NCBI RefSeq assembly: GCF_902459465.1
Contig: NC_047062.1
Span: 32,364,001-32,428,000 of the forward strand
DNA from: Asterias rubens
Taxonomy: Eukaryota
DNA length: 64,000 nt
Direction: 5' to 3'
In this document: positions 57,301 through 64,000 of the stretch, one piece after another
How positions within the stretch are numbered: the first letter of the stretch is position 1
How the letters are laid out: each line of letters opens with the position of its first letter
The notes under the pieces: model-generated
Told to the model about the DNA's origin: nothing
The model's input: the letters and a program-made list of their open reading frames with translations, nothing else
Database searches by the model: none
Made by a program: the position numbers and the translations under genes

Positions 57301-60300
57301 TTGTTAGCATAAAAACTTACTTGGTAATGAACGATGGAGAGTTGTTGATAGTATAAAACATTCGGAGAAAAGGCTTCCTCTGAAGTAACGTAGTTTTTGA
57401 GAAAGAAGTAATTCTTCACCATAATATTTGAACTTGATTTCGAGACCTCATTAGATTTTGAGGTTTTGAAATCATGCATTTGAAAGTACACAAGTTGTGC
57501 AACAAGGGTGTTTTTTCTTCCATTATTTTTCTCGCAACTTCAACAACCAATTGAGCTAAAGTTTTCACATGTTTTTTTCATACACAGTGTGAAAGATCGT
57601 GGGGCCTCCCCAGGGCCGTATTCCCTGGGGATAATAGATACAGTGTTAAAAGGGCTATTATCAGTCAGGGGGATATGGGTGAATGTGAATACCTCGGCTG
57701 GTGGTGCAGGGATATTTGCCTCTACCCTCGCTGACGGCTCAGATTGATTCTCCTTATTAGCTTTCTCTCTAATCTTGAGTAGGTCATCTCGGCCTAGAGG
57801 TTTAACCGCTCTCTCCTTCTTCTGAATCTCACAGTTGGATTTCTGACCCTTTGATGATGGCTGTACGAAAACAAACAAAAAAGCTTTTTTAGTTCAAGTA
57901 AACTAATTTTTGTTTTACCCATATTCACTGATGTGTGTTAGCACTGTGTACTCAGTACTTTTCCGAACTTTGAGAAACAATCACAGGTATATTACTAGAG
58001 TAGGATTTGAAACATGTTTGAAAACATGATTGAATTTTGAGGCCTCACAAGAATTTTGAATAAATATTTGGCAAAGGTTAACAAAAAATACTCAAGCGTT
58101 TCCAGACCAAAAATGGTTTAAGTGTGGAGCCAGTAAACTCTTGACTTGACAAGTCCAGTGGTTTTGGTTTTTTTCTCAATTGAATAATACAGTAGTATCT
58201 CACTGTGTAATATCTTTAAACAGAAACAAATCATGTTCAAATGTTGACCTTGAGTCTGGAAAACACCTTTAAATTGTATTGAGTAATGAAGTTTACATAG
58301 TATCCAAAAGACAGATGAGATCAATATTATCTTCTCTTCTGTCTTAGTGCAATAACTACATGTTGTCATGACTCGTGCAGATTTGTCCTCATTTTGATTC
58401 TGGTCTCGTCCAAAAACTTCTGGTCCAGTACTAACTTTGAGCTACAAGCCCTGCGGTTATTTGGATTTTTCCCCCCTAATTTGAGTCCTGATGTCGCCCG
58501 TGTGTTTAAATTTCACACAACTTAAAACAAATCATGCAGAAAATTATGGTTCTAGCATTGCTTATAATACTCTCCTACATGTATGTGACAAATACCCTAA
58601 TTTGCTTGTTCGACATTTGTAATGGCTGCCTGTAAGCTTTCTTTACTGGAACTTTGAAGGATGGTTGGTTATGGTGCCGGTGTCTGTAACAAAAAGACAA
58701 AACCAACCTGTCAGAAATAGAAATGACAATGTTTCACACAGAAGATAAATCCCTGTAGAAATTATTAAAATCCTTGTACAACGTGACAGTCAACAACAGA
58801 AGGAAAAAATAAATACTTGTAAACAAATTTGTTAACAACTTGTTCCAAGTAAAAGTTAACATCACTTACAGTTTAGAGCATAAGAATTTGAGTTTGTTAT
58901 GTTATACTCACTTCTTGAGAGCTGCCACATTCTGTTCATATGGTGATGGCGTTGGTAGTTTCTAAAATAAATGAAACAAAAGTATTTTGATATAATTTTT
59001 TGAAGCAAGAGCAGTTTACAAGTAGGCCTAAAGTACTTACAATATTACACCAGCGCTTAGAGTCGTTTTCAAAACAATGGCTCAGGCACAATTTGATTGT
59101 TTTCAACTGTGGAAATCATAGTTCTAGGTAGGTAGAACTATGAGTTTTGTTCCACTATCCTTTCCATGATTGAGAGCAGAACAAACCTCATAGTTCTAGT
59201 ACAGGAGGAGCTACCTAATGTGATTACATAGTCCTTACTCCAAGAACTATGAGTTTTGTTCCACTATCCTTTCCATGATTGAGAGCAGATTAAACCTCAT
59301 AGTTCTAGTACAGGAGGAGCTACTTAATGTGATTACATAGTCCTTACTCCAAGAACTATGAGTTTTGTTCCACTATCCTTTCCATGATTGAGAGCAGAAC
59401 AAACCTCATAGTTCTAGGAGTACAGGAGGAGCTACTTAATGTGATTACTTAGTCCTAACTCCTAGAACTATGAGTTTTGTTCCGCTATCTTTTCCATGAA
59501 TGATAGCAGAATTAACGTCATGGTGCTAGGAGTATAGGAGCTACTCAACTCAATGACTACCCACTCTCCTGGAACTAAGAGGCCCGGTTGACTATCATTT
59601 CCATGATTGATAGCAGAATGAACCTCATAGTTCTTCTAGGAGTATAGACGATGTGACCTGTGACATCACATGTTTACAAAAGAGCCACAGAGCCTGGACT
59701 TCCTGCAGGCATGATTTGTACACAGCCTAATAGAAGAAAACATAAAATCTTACATTTTATGGAGATTGCACTGTCTAATTCATATCAACTTTTGATATGA
59801 TGAAAGGGGGCACATCTCAAAACTTTTAAATTAATGTGGAAATTATGCCACAAAATGCCAACTTTCCCATACATGTACAGTAGGACCTGTGTAGTAATTG
59901 CCTGTCAGAATACCTGAAGAATGCACAAGTTCACACTTATTGTAAACAAAGTTTACATGGTCTATAGGAGCTACATGTACTCAATTGTTACTTTAGCCCT
60001 AGAACTATGAGTTTAGTTCCTAGCTATCTTTTCATAATTGATAGGAAAAGGAACCTCATGAGTCATAGTTCTAAAAGAAAAGGAGCTACTCATCGACTAC
60101 TTCACTTTCCATGACTCATGATAGCAGAACAAAACTCATCATAGCTCTAGGAGTAGGAGCTACTCAATGAGTACCCACCTTGTTCTCGGACTTCTTCTGC
60201 AGTTCACTTTTGCTGACCCACACATATTTATTTTTATTCCAGTCCCATTTGATAAACCCTCCTCCAGCATTCATTGCAGCTTGGTGTATTCTCGCATCAG

Positions 60301-60304
60301 CCAT
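54343..60304 (-). CDS. KATNBL1: Katanin p80 subunit B-like 1, 9 coding exons, 326 aa
   Basis: Exons 60304-60179, 58961-58912, 58683-58596, 57860-57642, 57260-57094, 56385-56287, 55650-55543, 55056-54963 and 54372-54343; total 981 nt, in phase. Motifs: ANKEN, HLNAALTFWKQ (cf. RLNVALTFWRK), ISMGAWLDFLPTLHKLLSSKFA and SVGKKAK-AVKDLLDQL*. The exon-4 donor (ACT|gtatct) was chosen on phase and alignment. Confidence 0.88.
56798..57033. mobile_element. MITE with TIR gggtgcgtt.aattagct
   Basis: Inverted termini gggtgcgttcaattagct / agctaatcaaacgcaccc in a KATNBL1 intron. Confidence 0.75.
59134..60160. repeat. Tandem array of palindromic units of about 109 bp
   Basis: Units start at 59134, 59243, 59352, 59464, about 59571 and 60001. 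Each contains AGAACTATGAGTTTTGTTC...GAACAAACCTCATAGTTCT or a decayed version. Confidence 0.9.
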
Positions 60305-60511
60305 CTATAAGAGAGTATACAAAGTTAGTTAATTTTAAAAGTTAGCTGAAGCTCATCTCTGCTCTTTCCCATCCATTTGAGATGGGCTTATGCACCGGGC
60401 TTAACAATCCTTACTTGCATGAAGGTCAGACAGAGAGTTAAAAGCTAGCCCCATCCTACTTCTTCCTAGAAACTAAAGGCTCCCCTGTGAGAGAGCCTTA
60501 ATATTATACAC

Positions 60512-61025
60512 ATAATGAATGTTTATGAGTGCAATGGTGCGAATATGTTCATGAGTTGAAAGATCGAATGTTCTATTCAACGAGGCGGAGCCGATTCGAA
60601 TGGAACATTCCAGCTTTCAACGAATGAACATATTCGCACCATTGCACGAATGAAAAACATTCATTATTTGTTTTATATAACATCCAAGTAGAACTTTGTC
60701 ATTTTGATTGAAAGAAACAACTTTCAAAACAAACAATTTCAACTGTAGAAGCCGAATGCTAGTAATTTTACTATGCCTTCTTGCAGTAACACCTGCTGCG
60801 TTACCAAAGACACGCGCACGCAGTGATGTTTTTACTCAGCTTTTTCGTTCCATCCGAAAAGTACCATTGCACGCTGGCAGCGTGCCAGCGTGCAATGGTA
60901 CTTTTCGGATGGAACGAAAAAGCACGGCGAGTGACTCAGCGTGCAATGGTACTTTTATTTGCTATCACGTGACGGACAATCCTCCAATCAAATGGCAAGG
61001 ATCTGCTTGGGTGTTATATAAAATA
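60512..61025. mobile_element. Composite palindromic element: hairpin 60512-60668 plus a TIR-bounded unit 60670-61025 with a perfect central 41-bp hairpin
   Basis: aataatgaatg...cattcattatt; ttttatataacatccaagtaga.../...tctgcttgggtgttatataaaa; perfect arms at 60839-60879 and 60883-60923. Confidence 0.8.
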
Positions 61026-63351
61026 CTATAACGCACCTCTTGCTTGTTCTGTATTCTGGTTGGCTGAAACACGGTCACGTGTGGGATGAACTAATAATAT
61101 AGTCTAGTGATCGCACACGATTTTTTTGTGTGAACTAGTTCCCAAGCGGGCACTAGTCTTTGAAAAAGACTAGGGGCCTATTTCCCTCGACCTCTGGAAA
61201 TAGGTCGTTCTTCTGGTCACTCAAAGTCCCTCGGGGAATCGACGTACACTAGTTACCTCATTGCCAGTCAATATATGTGTATACTACTCTAGTAACTAAC
61301 TAGTACGTAGTAGTAGAAGAAGTAGCCCCATTCTATAGTATTTGTGTCAGTACGCTGGACTCACATGACACCGCAGCAGTGTATCATTGTTTTGTCATTG
61401 TGAAATAGTGCGCTTGAATTTTCATTTTTAATTAACTTAAAAAAAAAAAAAAAAGCCAATTAGATAACAATAACATAGCGTTTCAACTTTTCCACCTCAC
61501 AACTGCACATCGAATAATTAAATCATTAAAAAGGGGGAAAAGGAGACGTGATTTGTGAACCATGACATGTGATGACTGGACTGGAGTCGACTCCAAATCC
61601 AACACCCAATTATTATATAAAAATCCAACATAAAATCCCTAGGAGAATCTAGATCTAACTAGGTAAGTAAAATTAAAAACTTATTGACGGTGCATGTTAC
61701 TGAGTGCACACATTTAATAATAATGTATGTTGCTGTTGGATTGTTCTTTGTATGCATTAATCACTCATATCACTACATTCTATCAATGGAGGAAGACTGA
61801 CTCTCATTCTCAATCAATGAATGTACGCAGGCAGCCAGGGCAAATCAGACACAGTGAATTATTTTCAGACACAAATTTGCTGGCATTTTATTATTCATTG
61901 GGATGGCAACGATCGAACGATGTATCGTCCCCATAAACCATGCTAAACTAGCAATTAAGTTAATATTAAACTATCTTTTACAACTTACATCAATCAACGT
62001 GATCAGTGAAGTTCCCGTGTCAAAAAGTATCAACAACTTTCTACCCAGCTGTTTTTCAAATCACTTGTTTACACCACGCGTTGACCAATGAAACGTTCGC
62101 ATCGATCGTTCAATATAGTGCGCCCTCTACAGTTATATTATCGCCATGCGTGGGTTTCCCCCAAAAGGCACAAGTGACGTAGGTTTTTAATAATATTTGC
62201 CTGGTCCCAATGGTCCCAACTGGCCATTTAAATTATTGACTGTTTTTTGGGGGTATCATGTACAGAATGTGTATATTCTCAGAATGAGTAGTTTTGCATC
62301 ATGCATTCCTCTCTCAATTTATAGAAAGAGAGAGATAAAAACTATTACTGAGATAATGTTACTGAGATAATTTGGCCGGCTCTTTGAAATAATGGCTTCA
62401 AAAAGTCACTACTGTGAGCTCAGACCACCGTGGCCCAATGATGCTAACAAGAATAGTAAGTTTAATAGCCAAAATACAATAATGTGACATGTATACATCT
62501 GTGACTAGTATCCTGCTCATTTTTGCTTAGCAGTTTTAATTTTCCAACAATAACTTTATGTATTTATTTATTTACTTATTTACATCCAGGCAAACAGTAC
62601 ATACAAAGAATAGGTAATAAAACAAATTATGATTTCACAAAGAACAAGCCTGCGGATAACCAAAAGCGACAATAATCACTATCTAAAGGCGATATTAGAC
62701 TTGCAGCTTAGCAGCGCTGTATGAATGTGCCCCGCGTGAGAGGTACATGGTTGTAAACTTACATGTAATTGACCTACATTATATACAAATTTCACCCAAA
62801 AGGCTGAAATGCCATCTCAACAAATACAACCAACCAACCAATTCGTCATCCATTTTATACTCCCTTCAAAGTTGAGTTGCTGCTTTATTAGATAATGGCT
62901 TTGCTTTAATTAACAAGATAGAAGCTTTCTTGCACGTAAAGGCAAAGGCTTGTATTACTGACTGCTGAGCGGGGGGGGGGGGGGGCGACAGAATCTCCTA
63001 CATCGATCAATAGCTTTCATTCGATCAAGGCTGGGTTACTACTAATAAAATAAATTGCTTCATAAACTACAAAGAGCCTATTAATTTAATGTCAGGTAAT
63101 GTTATGCGGAACTTATTAACCTAATTAATGCCACCGAGGTGGCACGGCAGTTTTTCCTAACACTATCAATGCATCTACGTGTTCTCTTAATGAGCTCTAA
63201 AGCTAATAAAAGCATTGCCTGTCAGTCCCAATTCTAATTGTTATTTCAATGACGGCTGACTCTTTTGCAGCGTCGCTGTGGAGAGTGGGGCTGCTTGCCA
63301 ACAATATAAGCCCTGTTCACTGCCGAGTACAGACGTTATCGTGAGCTCAAC

Positions 63352-63861
63352 ATGGCAGTAAACTTCACTGTTTTCAGTGTTCTTTTGGCACTCCTTCAGT
63401 CGCATTTCCTGATTGTGTCTCCTGCATGCCTGTCCTGCCGCAGCCCATGGACAAGTTTTGGGAATCATTGTTACCTTCTTGTGACGGATACCAAGACCTT
63501 TAATGAAGCTGAACAGTACTGTCAGAGTTTGTCACGCCTTGGCAGACCATCTCATCTGGCGTCCATTATGAGCCAAGAGGAAAATGATTTCCTTGTCGAT
63601 CTTGCTACAACGATGGACGGAGCGGTGTCTCGGTACACATGGCTCGGCTACCGACGTGATTTATCCACGGGTTCCTTCGTCTGGATCGACGGCAGCCCTG
63701 CCGGGAACTACACCAACTGGGCCCCGGGAGAACCAAATAACTGTGGTATAGAGGATTGCGTCGAGATGTATGATACATCAATGTGGAATGACAGGAATTG
63801 CATTAAATTGAGGAGATTCATTTGTAAAAGACCAGAAAGATTTCCAGTTCAAATGCGATGA
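63352..63861 (+). CDS. Secreted C-type lectin (single CTLD, EPN/WND motifs), intronless CDS, 169 aa
   Basis: Signal peptide MAVNFTVFSVLLALLQSHFLIVSPA, then the CTLD motifs WTSFGNHCY, FNEAEQYC, HLASIMSQEENDFL, WLG, FVWIDG and YTNWAPGEPNNCGIEDCVEM...WNDRNC...FICK. Confidence 0.95.
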   Translation: MAVNFTVFSVLLALLQSHFLIVSPACLSCRSPWTSFGNHCYLLVTDTKTFNEAEQYCQSLSRLGRPSHLASIMSQEENDFLVDLATTMDGAVSRYTWLGYRRDLSTGSFVWIDGSPAGNYTNWAPGEPNNCGIEDCVEMYDTSMWNDRNCIKLRRFICKRPERFPVQMR

Positions 63862-64000
63862 AGATGTTGAAGGAGCTGATGACGTCATTACAGAATTCCC
63901 AAAGACACCGGGGTAATTTTTTCATCAGACTTAATTTTCCCCTTCAGACCAGAGTTATTCACAAATCCTTTCCACATAAACATTAATAACCAACAGACAC

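Noticed and set aside
57540-57641. Extension of KATNBL1 exon 4 to a gtatga donor at about 57583
   Set aside because: The phase is incompatible with the better-aligning acceptor at 57260. The ACT|gtatct donor at 57642 gives PFNT-LLAGH, which aligns with the recalled FFSE-VSQDH.
60708-61031. 107-aa ORF with a signal-peptide-like stretch
   Set aside because: It lies wholly inside a palindromic repeat element, and the repeated ACNGTF comes from the duplicated arm.

Overview
AT-rich metazoan genomic DNA with spliceosomal introns and many SINE/MITE repeats. Gene content and exon structure fit an invertebrate deuterostome, probably an echinoderm (inference). I reconstructed the genes by hand from splice signals and reading-frame phase; family calls come from recalled homologue sequences, not database searches. 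Order: Speedy/RINGO (-, 5' part only), SYVN1/HRD1 (+, 14 exons, 650 aa), a repeat-rich gap, a TTC22-like TPR gene (-, one 1.4 kb coding exon, 3' end unresolved), a cornifelin/PLAC8-family gene (+, 5' end unresolved), UBAC2 (-, 9 exons, 374 aa), two intronless ZDHHC22/24-like palmitoyltransferases (+), KATNBL1 (-, 9 coding exons, 326 aa) and a secreted EPN-type C-type lectin (+). The most unusual items are: (1) a tandem duplication giving four copies of the UBAC2 exon-2 3' end with its splice donor; (2) a DHHC pair with complementary lesions, one DQHC and one lacking the first zinc-finger CxxC; (3) a Speedy-SYVN1 head-to-head arrangement resembling human SPDYC-SYVN1; (4) the TTC22-like gene, possibly nested antisense in the cornifelin-like gene; (5) a tandem hairpin array in KATNBL1 intron 1. 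No CRISPR array, rRNA or convincing tRNA gene was found.
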